DNA of 63,333 nucleotides, filler included, from Octopus bimaculoides (Eukaryota): NCBI RefSeq assembly GCF_001194135.2. It is 5 parts of 5 records of this genome, joined end to end, with 100 filler letters (N's around TTAATTAATTAA, not from the genome) between each part and the next. Parts side by side here need not be neighbours in the genome. Positions count along the whole stretch, not along the records: positions 1 to 27,534 come from NC_068981.1; positions 27,635 to 45,798 come from NC_068998.1; 3 more parts are not named here. One strand, 5' to 3'. Shown piece by piece: positions 26,901 to 39,369 of this stretch (position 1 is its first letter; each line of letters starts with the position of its first letter). The notes under the pieces were generated by a model. It saw only the letters and a program-made list of their open reading frames with translations, ran no database searches and was not told where the DNA came from. The position numbers and the translations under genes were made by a program.

Positions 26901-27279
26901 TATATGTGTGTGAATGTGTTTGAATGCGCGCACGCGGTTGCGTATAAGTAAACTTAAAACGAAGAGTAAAGTGTAAAATGTAATCCAGTGAAAATTTGGA
27001 GAACTTCAAGAAGCAGAATATAATCCAAACAGTTTGTGAAATAAAAGGATACAACCTTAAAAAAATGCTGCACAGCTCCAGTGAAAATTACCAGAACACA
27101 TATTTGGTAATGGGTGTCTGCAAAATGCACGCGCATTGATACACACATACATATAGCCATACAAACTTAATTTAAAGTTTACACACCAATCGCTTTCACG
27201 TGCATAAAACCTTTTTCCTTCTGATCTTCAAGACCGGTTACTTCAGTCATGGACTGATCTCTTGTACTCTTTTACATTT

Positions 27280-27482
27280 TTACTGTTTTACTCTTTTACT
27301 CGTTTCAGTTATTTGACTGCGGCCCTGATGGATCACCGCCTTTAGTCGAGCAAATCGCCCCCAGGACTTAATCTTCGTAAGCCTAGTACTTATTCTATCG
27401 GCCTGTTTTGCCGAACAGCTAAGTTACGGGGACGTAAACACACCTGCATCGGTTCTCAAGCTATATTGGGGGGACAAACACA

Positions 27483-27490
<8 letters not shown>
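27280..27490 (-). mobile_element. SINE family B, 3' half
   Basis: TTTGACTGCGGCC...GTCGAGCAAATCG..CCAGGACTTA...GCTAAGTTACGGGGACGTAAACAC. Confidence 0.8.
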
Positions 27491-27534
<44 letters not shown>

Positions 27535-27578
27535 NNNNNNNNNNNNNNNNNNNNNNNNNNNNNNNNNNNNNNNNNNNN

Positions 27579-27590
27579 TTAATTAATTAA
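27579..27590. other. Assembly linker TTAATTAATTAA within N44-linker-N44 (also 45843, 60473, 62017)
   Basis: Identical 100-bp structure four times; stop codons in all frames; not genomic sequence. Confidence 0.95.
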
Positions 27591-27634
27591 NNNNNNNNNN
27601 NNNNNNNNNNNNNNNNNNNNNNNNNNNNNNNNNN

Positions 27635-28575
27635 TCCCACCCCTAAATTTGCTGGCCTTGTGCCAAAATTTGAAACCAAGAGAGTGGCAAGCTGGCGGAA
27701 TCGTTAACACAGGTGAAATGTTTGGTGGCATTTCGTCCACCTTCACATTCGGAGTTCAGATTCCACCAAGGTGGACTTTGCCTTTCACCCCTTCAAGGGT
27801 TGGTAAAATAAGGACCAGTTGAGCACTGGAGCTGATGTAATTGACTAAGCCCCTTGCCCAGGATTTCGGACCTTGTGCCTATGGAAGAAAGGGTTATTAT
27901 TATTATTACCATTGGGCAGTAGATTGAGAGAATTATTCGAGCATTGGATAAAATGCCATGCAAGCATTAAGTTCCTTCTTATTATGATGTGAGGTGAAAC
28001 CCCAACAAGGTCAACTTGCCTTTCATCCTTATGGACTTGAGAAGATAAAATACCAGTAAAATACTGGGGTTGATAACATTGACTAAAGCCCTCCCACTAA
28101 AATTCCTAACCTTGTTCCAAAATTTGAGATCTTTAAGGCGGTAAGCTGGCAGTATCGTTAAAGAATCAGACAAAATGTTTTGCCTACGTCTCTTTAATGT
28201 TCTGAGCTTAAACTCCGCTAAGGTCAACTTTGCCAAAAATGGCAAGAGCTAGCAGAACCGTTAGTATGCGAGGGATGGGACAAGTGGATTACCCCATCCC
28301 TAGAAACTGTTGGCCTTGTACCAAAATTTGAAACCATTATTATTATTATTATTATTATCAAGGTGGCAAGTTGACAGAATCGTTACTGTGCTGTGCAAAA
28401 TTCTTAGCGACATTTTGGCGGTCTTTACATTCTGAGTTCAAATTCCACTGAGGTCAAGTTTTGCCTTTCGTCCTTTCGGGGGTTGATAATATAAATACAA
28501 GTTTCATACTTGGATCGATGTAATCAACTTGCCCTCTCCCACGAAATTGCTGGCCTCGTGCCAAAATTTGAAACT
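27635..28575 (+). mobile_element. Stack of about 5-6 SINE family A copies and fragments
   Basis: Repeated GGCAAGCTGGC(A/G)GAATCGTTA heads and CCTTGT(G/T/A)CCAAAATTTGA tails, mutually diverged. Confidence 0.85.
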
Positions 28576-29359
28576 ATTATTATTATTATTATTATTATTA
28601 TTGTTATTATTGTTATTATTGGAATGCAAAGGATACAAAGAATCCACTGGCTTTTTATTTTTTTTAAAGGTGTGTGTTATCATGATGATTTTTATATGGC
28701 TTAAATTGGCTCTGAAAGTAGGACAAGGAACGGGAATAACAAATTAGAAGTCTGATTCTGATTTTGCATTGCTCTAGTTTGAATATTACAGAAAGACTTT
28801 CTTTGACATTTTTTTTTCCTTCCCTCCTTGACTGATTTTTAATCAGCTCTCTCTCTCTCTCTCTCTCTCTCTTTCTGAAACACTCCTCCTTTCCTTCTGC
28901 TAGCGCACATTTATGTCCATGTCCTACTGGAGTAAATAATTCTTCCTGTGAAATTAAAAAAAAAAACAAAAAAAGAAGTAAAAAAAACATTACAAAAAGA
29001 AATTAACTTCGAAAAATAACAAAGCAAAAAAAGTGACAAAAGCAAAAAAGAAAACTAAAAAAAAAGAACACAAAGCATTGACCAGCACTGTACTGACCAT
29101 GTCAGAGTTACTGTTACAACATTCCACCAGAAACACCTGCCTTTGTGGGTTTGTTGTTGTTGTTATTTTTTTTTTCTTTGAATATTTATAACTTGTATTG
29201 ACCGTTGATGGTTGTAATTATTTTCACCCAATAAATTTACACAACAAGCTAGAATTGCAAGAATTCTTTTGTATTTCATTTTGTTGTTGTTGTTGTTTTT
29301 TTAGCTCTGTATGACCAGATCCAAGATCAAAAGAATTCCAGCTGTGACCATCCTGCCTT

Positions 29360-30270
29360 TTAACAGATTTGATGACGACACTATCCATAAAGTGGAAGCT
29401 GCCATTTTGGGGGATTGCCACATAACTATTCAGGAACTAGCCCAAGAAGTGAAGATAAGTCTGTGGAAAAGAAATCATTCACGATCGTTTGCACATGCAG
29501 GAGTTTTCTCCACAATGGATTCCCCGGATGCTCACACCTTTCCAGAAGCAAGAATGAGTCAATTCTTCCAGACTCTTTTGGCAATGTGCCAAGAAAATGA
29601 AGAAGACTTTTTCAGCAGACTTATTACACAGGATGAAACATGAGTCCATCACTATGATCCACTCAAAGTAACGGAAGCATGATAACTCAACACCTCCAAA
29701 GAAGGCCTATGTCCAACCCTGACCAGGCAAGGTGATGCCCACAGTCTTTTGGGATTAGCGTGATGTAGTGATGATGGATTTTCTGGCAAAGGGCTCCACA
29801 ACTAAGGGGGAATATTATGCTTCTCTGTTGCAGAAATTGCAGGATTCCATCAAAGCAGAGAGGTGTGGCATGCTAACCAAAGGAGTGTGCTTCCTCCAAG
29901 ACTATGCCCCAGTTCACAATGTGCATGTTGCCCAGATGAAATCACACTCTTGTGGCTATAAAATCCTTCCTCATCCCCTTTACTTTCCTGACCTCACGCC
30001 ATGTGACTTCCACCTCTTTCCAACCATGAAGTCTTTTTTGAAGGGGAAGCACTTTTCAGATGATGATGGACTTATTTCCAAGTTAAATTCTTGTCTCCAG
30101 ATGCAGCCTACTGACTTCTACAGATGAAGTCTTCACAGCTGCATAAAGTGACAGAAGTGTGTCACCATTGGTGGTGGCCATGTAGAGAAGGACTAATAAT
30201 TTCACCAAGTTTCATTTATCTCAGTCCTTGGGAAGTGGGTCAGGGGAAATCTTTAATGAACACCCCTCAT
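29360..30270 (+). pseudogene. Decayed mariner (Tc1/mariner, DD34D) transposase with 3' TIR, 5'-truncated
   Basis: HTH ITIQELAQEVKIS, WIPRML (WVPHEL motif) at 29516, TQDET*, LQDYAP and PDLTPCD with exactly 34 residues between D2 and D3. Contains stops and frameshifts; TIR-like end TTAATGAACACCCCTC at about 30256-30269. Confidence 0.9.
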
Positions 30271-30329
30271 GTGTGTGTGTATAATATAAATAATATATAT
30301 ATATATATGCATATATACATACTTACATA

Positions 30330-30525
30330 TGCTCAAAATGCAGAGTAGATAAAACAGGGGACAACTGATGAAGGGATTGTTCATTATGTTGCCTGTCTTG
30401 ATTTTCTATTTGTTTCTTTTGTTGTTTGCAAAAAAAGTTCGTTTTCCATGTTTTCGAATTTCATGTTCTTGTTTTTCATGTTGTTTACATTTTTTGATGT
30501 CCTGTACCCATATATGCATGTGTAT
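30330..30525. mobile_element. Unclassified repeat (partial second copy at 45899-45925)
   Basis: TTTTTGATGTCCTGTACCCATATATGC occurs at both loci; contains CTGATGAAGGG at about 30365. Confidence 0.45.
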
Positions 30526-30569
30526 ATACATATATATGTAAGTAAGTACATGTATATATGTATATATGC

Positions 30570-30790
30570 ATTGGCCGTCGCCAGTACCGCCTGACTGGCC
30601 CTCGTGCTGGTGACACGTAAAAAGAACCCACTACACTCTTGGAGTGGTTGGCATTAGGAAGGGCATCCAGCAGTAGAAACTCTGCCAAATCAGATTGGAG
30701 CCTGGTGTTGCCTCCTGGTTCACCAGTCCTCAGTCAAATCGTCCAACCCATGCTAGCATGGAAAGTGGACGTTAAACGATGATGATGGTG
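30570..30790 (+). mobile_element. RTE-type 3' tail / RTE-dependent SINE end
   Basis: GTTGGCATTAGGAAGGGCATCCAGC..TAGAAAC and CCAACCCATGCTAGCATGGAAA..GACGTTAAACGATGATGATG; related copies at 43022-43240 (-), 44700-44830 and 45100-45256. Confidence 0.75.
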
Positions 30791-30846
30791 ATATATCAAC
30801 ACGCGTGTGTTCCTTTTCAACCATCTACATATATATATATACATGT

Positions 30847-30885
<39 letters not shown>

Positions 30886-31094
30886 AACAGCTAGAGAAAC
30901 TTCATGAACACAAAAAGTCTTATTACTATTGCCATCACTTTCATCTCCTTTATTTTTTTCCCCTCTTTCGTACCCTCATCATCATTACCACCTGTTCAGC
31001 AGGTTTAGCTACTGCAGCAAAGAGCTGAGGAATTTTGCTTGTTTTTGTTCCAGGGTTGAATTGCAAGTGCAGAAAAATAAATAGAACTTATATA

Positions 31095-31432
31095 TATCTT
31101 TTACTTGTCTCAGTCGTTAGACTATGGCCATGCTGGGGCACCACCTTGAAGAATTTTTAGTTGAATGAATCAACTCGAGGACTTCTTTCTTTTAAGCCTG
31201 GTACGTATTCTATCACTCTGTTTTGCCAAATTGCTATGTTACAGGGATGTCAAGAGGCAGTCAGGGGCAAACAGAAGCACACACACATATACACAATGGG
31301 CTTCTTTCAGTTTTCTCACAAGGCATTGGTCGGCCTAAGGCTGTAGTCGAAGACACTTGCCCACAATGCCATGCAATGGAACTGATCTTAGAACCATGTG
31401 ATTGGGAAGCAAACTTCTTACCACACAGCCAT
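31095..31432 (-). mobile_element. SINE family B, diverged
   Basis: Both halves align to the 49005 copy on the minus strand. Confidence 0.7.
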
Positions 31433-31499
31433 GAACAAATCTGTAATTTTTACAAGTTCATAGACATGTAATTAGCATTAAATTATTGTTTTGATCCTT

Positions 31500-31637
31500 A
31501 TGATTAAATTGTTCATTACATGTTTATTAGGGACCTTGTTAGTAGGTAGTTTCGTGTTTGAATGCAAAGGAAATTGCACCTCAGGACAAGGGTGTTTCTC
31601 TGACCCCTCATGGAAAGGTTCCTTAATTGCCCAATAG
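31500..31637 (+). CDS. Putative 45-aa ORF with signal-peptide-like N-terminus
   Basis: MIKLFITCLLGTLLVGSFVFECKGNCTSGQGCFSDPSWKGSLIAQ*; below the 60-aa track cutoff; no homology known to me. Confidence 0.15.
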   Translation: MIKLFITCLLGTLLVGSFVFECKGNCTSGQGCFSDPSWKGSLIAQ

Positions 31638-32559
31638 CACCCTTTTTTATGGTTGTTAATTTGCATTTGTTGTGTCCAGGGAAACTCATTATGCCAATAT
31701 AATTAACACGCACGCAGTGTGTGTGTTAATTATATTGGCTTAATGACTCTCTGTAGATGCATCAAAATTTGTTTCAGCACATGAATTCACATAAAGAATC
31801 TTGCAAACCAGATGACTATATTCAAACACAGACTGAGATTTATTGGCTCCTGCTCGCATAACAAAGCAGAGCTAATGGCAGAAATTCTGTGGTAATTTTC
31901 TCAAGGTAAACAAGGAAGATGTGGACCAGCATGTATAAATCACACCATTTTAGACTTGATTTTCACTTATAAAACTGAGGTGTGACATGCATTGGGAAAA
32001 GCTAAAACTATGAAGAAAAATAAAATTGTACGAAGATTTAACGCTAAATTAGGGATGTAACTTATACACAAGTAAATACAGCATATCAACCGATTGGTAG
32101 AAGATACTGGATGTACTATTCAAGAGCTTTAAAATATTGTGGATGAGAGAAGACAGAAAGGAATGGAAAACATTTGTCGGGTATGCTGAGAAATTCCCAA
32201 GTCATTAACTATTTCGCATTTACATTTTCAAAAACTCCTACCTCTATAAATGTATTTTTAATTATAAACTCATCAATATTTCCCAATTTGTAACATACAG
32301 CTTCAGGCAGCAATCAGTTATCCATTTGTTAAAGTAATTAATCTTGATTGGTTTTTCAATTTTAAATATTTTAATTTGTAAAGGAGATGCCTTGTTGTTG
32401 TTCTTCAGCCTGTCCTGATCCCAAAGGCCTACGTGCAATCAAAGTCATTCCATTTATGCCGTTTATCTCGAACTACATTATTCAATGTATACTTCCTTGT
32501 TTAAGGCTGTAAGATGTTGGTTGAGGGATGTTTGGCTTCTATTTCTAGCAAGTGTTCAT

Positions 32560-32721
32560 GGATCAGACACAGTTGTCGGATTGAAATGTCTGCTTCCCAA
32601 CAGTGTGGATCTAGGTTTGATCGCACTGTGTGGCACATTGAGCAAGTATCTTTGGTATGGCCCGAGGACAACCAAGGCTTTGTGGATTTAGTAGATGGAA
32701 ACTGAAAGAAGCCTATTATGC

Positions 32722-32762
<41 letters not shown>

Positions 32763-32910
32763 TGCGTGTATGTATCTATGTATGTGTGTATGTATAAGTA
32801 CCAGGTTTTGAAATCAGTACTAGGATTGACTTGTTTGACTATTTCTGTGAAGGCAGTGCCCCAGTATGGCCACAGTTCAATGTCTGCAACAAATAAATGA
32901 TAAAGCAAAC
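32560..32910 (+). mobile_element. SINE family B, diverged
   Basis: GGCACATTGAGCAAGTATC core, GATGGAAACTGAAAGAAGCC, internal TA tract, 3' GGCAGTGCCCCAGTATGGCCACAGT. Confidence 0.7.
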
Positions 32911-33835
32911 AAAGAAGCACAAAAATCCTGCAAAAACTTGTGAGTGCTGCCCTTATTTCTCTCTAACTGAGCCCTTATCTTTCTGTTTTGATGTGCCATA
33001 CCTATAGATCTTAGTGATCATGGACCTTCATATCAAAATCTGATGATTCAGGACTTTTGGGGAAAAAAAGAAAAGATGCATCATGAGTTTTCCATTCCCT
33101 TCGCTTGATTTCCTTCGTGTTAAAGGGTGCACAATACAATGTTAAACTATCTATATATATATGGTGATTAAAAGAGGGAGCAATGGTGTAAAATATCATC
33201 TGGAAATTGCTTGAACATCCTGGATCAGATTAGGATAAAAGTGGGCATTGCCAGCTTTGTTTGATGAAAAAGAGAAACATAAGAAAGAAAAAAATCACAT
33301 GTTCTAGTTACTTTCTGAACTCAAAATGTTGAAATATTCAGATGCTGCCCTCATGAGTGGAAATTCATTTTGGCAATATGACTGTCCCTATTTTTGGAAA
33401 AGGGAACAGCATACATGTACACACACACACCACTGATATAATTCAGCCGCAGTTAACATTAATCTACAGGAAGTAACTCTTGTTTCTCACTATATTTCAT
33501 TCCAATTCTTTTTACCAACACAAAGCCAACCAGGCTCTATATATACCTCCAGCATAAAAGAAGTTATACACTTCCATCAAGTATATTTCAAGAGCTGTTG
33601 ATATTAGCAAGTAAAATAGCTGGCATGAAACTAATAGTAACAATGTGAGCAATTATCAGCCAAAACCAATAATATATTGCTCAATAACTGCCCTACTTTC
33701 CATATTGTGTGTGTATGTTTCTGATTTATTGACAAGTAACTCATATGTGTGTTTACTTAAAGAAGAAGAAGTGTTGAACAAAGGGGTGAGTGAAACCATA
33801 TATTTGTGTGTGTGTGTTATATATATATATATATA

Positions 33836-34790
33836 TGGTGGTTGTCTACTCCTTAAACAGAGTTTGACCACCTCCTGCACCTACACCATAGCCCTTTCAT
33901 GGCGTCTGATGTGGCTTTTTAAACCAGACAGTGTTTTGAAAAAACACCCACACAGATTGCACCTCTGATTTGCACTACCAATACCTGCAAGTAAGTTCTG
34001 CTCATTGTGGATCCTAACATGTCTTTTAAGACCCCCATTGGATTTGCAAACCCTCTGGCACACACCACATTCAAACGTGTGCACAGACATATAATCAGAA
34101 TAGCTGGATGAGGTTTGTTTTCCGTGGGTTCGCAGGTGAGATTTGAGGCNNNNNNNNNNNNNNNNNNNNNNNNNNNNNNNNNNNNNNNNNNNNNNNNNNN
34201 NNNNNNNNNNNNNNNNNNNNNNNNNNNNNNNNNNNNNNNNNNNNNNNNNNNNNNNNNNNNNNNNNNNNNNNNNNNNNNNNNNNNNNNNNNNNNNNNNNNN
34301 NNNNNNNNNNNNNNNNNNNNNNNNNNNNNNNNNNNNNNNNNNNNNNNNNNNNNNNNNNNNNNNNNNNNNNNNNNNNNNNNNNNNNNNNNNNNNNNNNNNN
34401 NNNNNNNNNNNNNNNCAGTCCTTATGCCATCCTTAAACCTTTTTTTAGGTTTATGCCGATAACGTTTCCCCTCTGCAAGCTCACCATAAAACAGCTGTTT
34501 CGGCATGCGTTCATCTGCCATTTGAACAATATGGCCACACCATCTCAATTGGTTCCTCAAAATCATGGCTTTAATTGAGGGGATGCCTGCAGATGCAAGG
34601 ATATCTGTGTTTGGAGTAAAAGAATTCCATTTAATTCTTAAAATATGACGAAGGAATTTTTCTAACATTTTTAAATGCCTTTCATAACAGGTCCAAGTTT
34701 CACAGGAATACAATAGGGATGTTAAGACAAATGGTTTGTAAAGAGCCAGCTTTGTATTGTTATTTATATGTCGTGATTTTGAAAGGAAGT
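33836..34790 (-). mobile_element. 5'-truncated RTE-clade LINE: RT C-terminal region, gap, then at least 3 C2H2 zinc fingers and 3' UTR
   Basis: TKLALYKPFVLTSLLYSCETW...QLRWCGHIVQMADERMPKQLFYGEL..G.R....PKKRFKD is a typical RTE tail. After the gap, one frame (34150-33881) reads GLKSHLRTH...CGVCQRVCKSNGGLKRHVRIH...CNLCGCFFKTLSGLKSHIRRH...*. Confidence 0.85.
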
Positions 34791-35156
34791 CATGCACAGC
34801 AGCCATTGAAACCATGGACTTTTGTGCTGAAGCATTGCCCCTAATAAAACAAGACCCCCATTTATCAGTTTTTCTGGGTGTTTGGTCTTGATAGCCTTTC
34901 ATAACTGCCTCAGCAAGTTGGCATTGAACTTTCCACCCACAGTCTAAAAGATAAAAGATGTATGTTTGTGTGTGTATGTATTTATGTATATATGCATGTG
35001 TGTATGTATGCATGCACATGTATGCATATGTATACATATATATATATGTATGCATTCATGTATTATTAAATGAATCATTATTTGTTAATTATTTAGTTAA
35101 TTAATTAGTCTTTTATTAAAATCTAGGATTCATGATTATTATCACTAGTTAATCTA

Positions 35157-35375
35157 AGGAGGCGAGCAGGCAGAATCATTAGCTGGTGAAATGCTTAGCA
35201 GTATTGTATCTGTTGCTACGTTCTGAGTTCAAATTCCGCCATGGTCGATTTGTCTTTTATCCTTTTAGGGTCAATGAAATAAGTACCAGTTACACACTAG
35301 GGTCAATGTAATCGACTAGTCCACTTCCCCACTACAAAAATTATGCCTAAACTAGAAATAATTATTAACAGTTAA
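35157..35375 (+). mobile_element. SINE family A
   Basis: AAGGAGGCGAGCAGGCAGAATCATTAGC head, GAGTTCAAATTCC B-box. Confidence 0.8.
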
Positions 35376-36529
35376 TCTATGAGCCTAGCTAAATAGAGTA
35401 ACCATCCCACATGAACAAATAAATCAATTCGAATTACGTATCTCACTGCCTCGAACGAATCAATCTCTTGTCAAACTAGACGCTAATATCTTTGACATAT
35501 CAATTGATATACGACTATGTGACCTTTAGCTGATATAATTAACCAGTCATTCATACTTTCTGCTGTAAAACAACTTCAGGAAAACAGGAAATGCCTTAGC
35601 TTTTGATTAGGTTAAGGGTCTTGTTGACTCCATTGTGATTTCCATTCGAAAGAAAAGAAGAGAAAAAATTATTGAAATTCCGTATTTTTCTTAGTTTTTC
35701 TTGGTATCCTTTGGTCAACATCAAAGCATTGATTACCATGTAAACAATTATGGTCCTTTTACAAAAGAAAATATTCCCTCCACATTAGTCTGTAGAGGAG
35801 AATTGTTTAATTCAAAATATCAACATTAGGTGGAAGAATCACAGAAGAGATTGTGAGAGATTGTTAAACCTTTAACATTCTGATCAATGTGTCACATGCA
35901 AGACTTATTTATTCACATTGTTTCAAATTAATCATGTTAAAGGGTTCCGACAAAACTTACAAGACCAATAAAATGAAGAGAGAGGAAGACATCACTGATG
36001 AGTTGTAATTTTATCCTAAGACACGGAGTTTATCACAAGACTGGAAATCTGGTTTGAAACACATCAGAATGGAGGCAGTTTATTAAAAGCTTCCGAAGCC
36101 CAGGTGATGGTATTGAACCAGGTAAAGTCTATCTGACACCCTGCATCGTGAGTTCAGTTCCTTACATGGTTTGCTTCGAAGATAGGCATAATCCATGGCC
36201 CAGTTTAACACCCACTTCCCTGTCGTCTTGGATTTATTTAGAGCAGTCTATTCTATTGTGAGTGTTTGGGCCAGCTTTCTGGTTCAAGGATTTTTTCTGG
36301 TTTGAGGATAGATAAATAGATAGTAATAGATGGATGGATGGATGGATGGATAGATGGATAGACAATGATAGGTAGACAAAAGATACACTGATATGTATGT
36401 ATATATTTATGTGAGAGTGTACATGTTTGTGTCTCTATGTCTTGACATCACGTGATGGTTGTAAATGAGTATCACTGTTATATAAGCAGTATCGTTCCTT
36501 TCCAATATTCTGCAGAAACATTTTGACTC

Positions 36530-36720
36530 TGGAGAGACATTAGGATCCTCAGAAGCAACTGTCATTAAATTTTCCATCTGGATTCCCAAGAATGATCAGC
36601 TGAAACTATGGATACTATCTGACCATCTTGCTCTTCGTCTCCAGTCAGTTTGGCTCAGCTTGAAAACTGTTTTGCAATCCTTTCCTGCTGCATTCTCTAA
36701 CCACATGTTTGTAGTACCAG
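36530..36720 (-). mobile_element. RTE-like LINE 3' fragment, same family as 61560-61945
   Basis: Minus frames give ..MQQERIAKQFSS..ARWSDSIH..LGIQMENLMTVAS, matching MPQERIPRQKFSS..LGTQSENLMTVAS at 61.6-61.8 kb. An AEIGFL-like segment near 36990 may belong to it. Confidence 0.6.
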
Positions 36721-37271
36721 GGCTGTAACCCCCTACTCTAGAAATGCTTCAGACTGCTACCATTTCAAACTGCTACCATGACAACCAATGTCATAGCTTC
36801 ATTAAATATAAGATTGAAAGCTGATTCAACAGAGATGAAATCTCCAGCAGTTTCAATGTACAAGTCTCCGAAAGATAGTCAGGTGTCATTACCAAAACAC
36901 TTGCATGAGTTGGGTTTCTTCTCTAAGGTCTTTCTACTGTTCAACTCTTACCATTTTAGAGATATTTCAGAGGAACCCAATCTCAGCCATTGCTATTTAT
37001 GATCATATTCTTCGGACCATTAGTTGCTGATTAGAATGAATGCACAGTCTTTGAGATGCAAATTTTTGCCATGACTTTCAGTGTCAGATTCCTTGATTAG
37101 ATATTCCTGATAATTAGAAAAATTAATTCTTTGATTTTTGTCTGAGTTTGGATTAATTGTTTAATCTTCCATTCATTTCCATCAATTTTGGAAAATTTTT
37201 AAATTATGTTGTGGGGAAAAGGTCAAACATAATTTTAAATGTTTTTCTTACCTTATCTTTTTTCTTTTTTT

Positions 37272-37705
37272 CATCTTTTACTTGTGTTAGTCATTAGCCT
37301 GTGGCCATGCTGGAGCACCACCTAGAAGATATTTAGTTGAATGAATCAACCCCTGTTTTTAAACCTGGTACTTATTTTGTCGGTTTCTTTTGCTGAACTC
37401 CTCAGTTATGGAGACAAACCAACACCAGTTGTCAAGAGGTGATGAGGTAGAAACACACACACTCACACACACTTACACATACACAAACACACACACACAC
37501 ACTTACATACACATACGCACACAAACACACACACACACACACATATAAAAGGTTTCTTTTAGTTTCCATCAGCCAAATCCACTCACAAAGCTTTGGTCAG
37601 CCTGAAGCTATAGTAGAAGACACTTGCATAAAAGTGCCCTGCAGTGGTACTGAACCCGGAACCTTGTGGTCAGAAAGTCAGCTTTTTACCTCACAGCCAC
37701 ACCAG
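37272..37705 (-). mobile_element. SINE family B with internal (CA)n
   Basis: Both halves present around a CA tract. Confidence 0.75.
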
Positions 37706-37974
37706 TTCCTGATATTTAAAAATGAACTCTGTTAATGAGTCTTCAAAATCATTAAAACACATTCACTTTAGCATTATTTATTTGTTTTAAAAAGGGGGTT
37801 GTCATTGAAGGCTGTAATTTGAGGGGGTAAGCATGCAAAGAAAGAGAAGCATTGTTGGGGGTCACATTTGACATCAATAAGCGGAAGTTAAAAAACAAAA
37901 ACAGAAGAAGGGTCAGAGCCCACTAAAGGGATCCGGGACAAAGACAATCTCTGCAGTTTCAATGGTGATTTTGT

Positions 37975-38105
37975 GGTGGGTTGGCCAAGGCACATGGTTC
38001 AGGGGTTAGAGCGTCATGCTAACAATCATGAGGTAGTGAGTTCAATTCCCAGACTGGGCTGTGTGTTGTGTTCTTGAGCAAGACACTTTATTTTTCAGTT
38101 CTCCC
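37975..38105 (+). mobile_element. tRNA/CORE-type SINE head and core, 3'-truncated
   Basis: GGTTAGAGCG..GAGTTCAATTCCC..GTGTTGTGTTCTTGAGCAAGACACTTTA. Confidence 0.75.
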
Positions 38106-39199
38106 TTCCTAATTATTATTAACTAATTAGACATTTACTATATTGAGCACGATGACATTAACTTGACTCTTTGAAGCAAAAATTCTAAAATTAAACAGAA
38201 AACAGCCGAATCTGATAGAAGTAGTATCAGTGAATGTTAGATTTCACTTCTTCCTCACAGAAAACTAATTCATTCTTCTTTGAAAAGATTTTTTGGTTAA
38301 AAGAATATATAGTAGTTTGTTCATAACCAATACGGTTGACTGAATTAAGTATACTAGAATTCTGAAAGTTAGAATTTATGAACAATAACAGCATCTATCC
38401 ATTGGTTTGTTGTACAGCTATGACAGACCAATCACTGATTTTACTGTTTTATCTAATAGTGAAAGTGATAATAGAACGTTTGTGTTGCTCAGTCAGAATA
38501 AAAATCAAAAGGTATTTTTCTTTGAATGCTCCAGTTTATTGGTAATTTTCTCATAAATATACATCAGCAAAGGACACACACACACATGCGCGCGCGCGTC
38601 ATCATTATCATTATAATCAATAACACCATCATCATTATCATCATCTTTTTAATGTTCACGTCGTGCAAAGTTCAAACGAAATTAATTGACGCATTTTTTT
38701 GTGACCAGATGCTCTTCCTCTCACCGACCTTTACCTGTTTCCGAGCAAGGTAATATTTCTACATGGCTGGACATATTTTCGCAGATGAGTAGATATGAAG
38801 AACATTGCTTGTATAAAGGAAGCACTTGTCTTCAGTTGTTGCATGGTGTCAAACCAAAGAAACACACACACACACACAATACACATACATGCACACATAT
38901 GTAAGCATGCACGTACACACACACATAATCGACAGAAATAATGGGTTATATACATTTATTTATTTAACATAGGCTTACAGCTGTTTCAGACATACATTTG
39001 GGTGCATCATGGTTCTGTTTTATCAAAGGACTGAAAATATATGGAGAAAATAAACGCTTCCAGTGTTATATTCTTCAAAGCCAAAACAAATCCAGCCCCT
39101 CGTATGTGTGTGTGTGTGTGTGCGCACGCGCTTGAGCTGCATGCTTATTATTATAATTATTTCATTGACGATCTCCAAATTAAATGCTTGGTTGATTTT

Positions 39200-39362
39200 T
39201 TTTCTACTCTAGGCACAAGACCCGAAATTCTGGGGGAAGAAGCCAGTCAATTAGATCGAACCAGTACGCAACTGGTACTTAATTTACCAACCACGAAAGG
39301 ATGAAAGGCAAAGTCGACCTCGGTGAAATTTGAACTCAGAACATAAAGACAGACGAAATACC
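39200..39362 (-). mobile_element. SINE family A, 5'-truncated, abutting the satellite
   Basis: Tail and body present; sequence stops at GACGAAATACC, before the A-box. Confidence 0.85.
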
Positions 39363-39369
39363 ATACACT

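Noticed and set aside
29300-29355. First residues of ORF 29311-29643 as part of the mariner transposase
   Set aside because: Similarity begins only near DDDTIHKVEA; the upstream bases look like an unrelated repeat tail.
30360-30420. CTGATGAAGGG as a third hammerhead
   Set aside because: No helix II partner followed by GAAA downstream; at best a decayed half.
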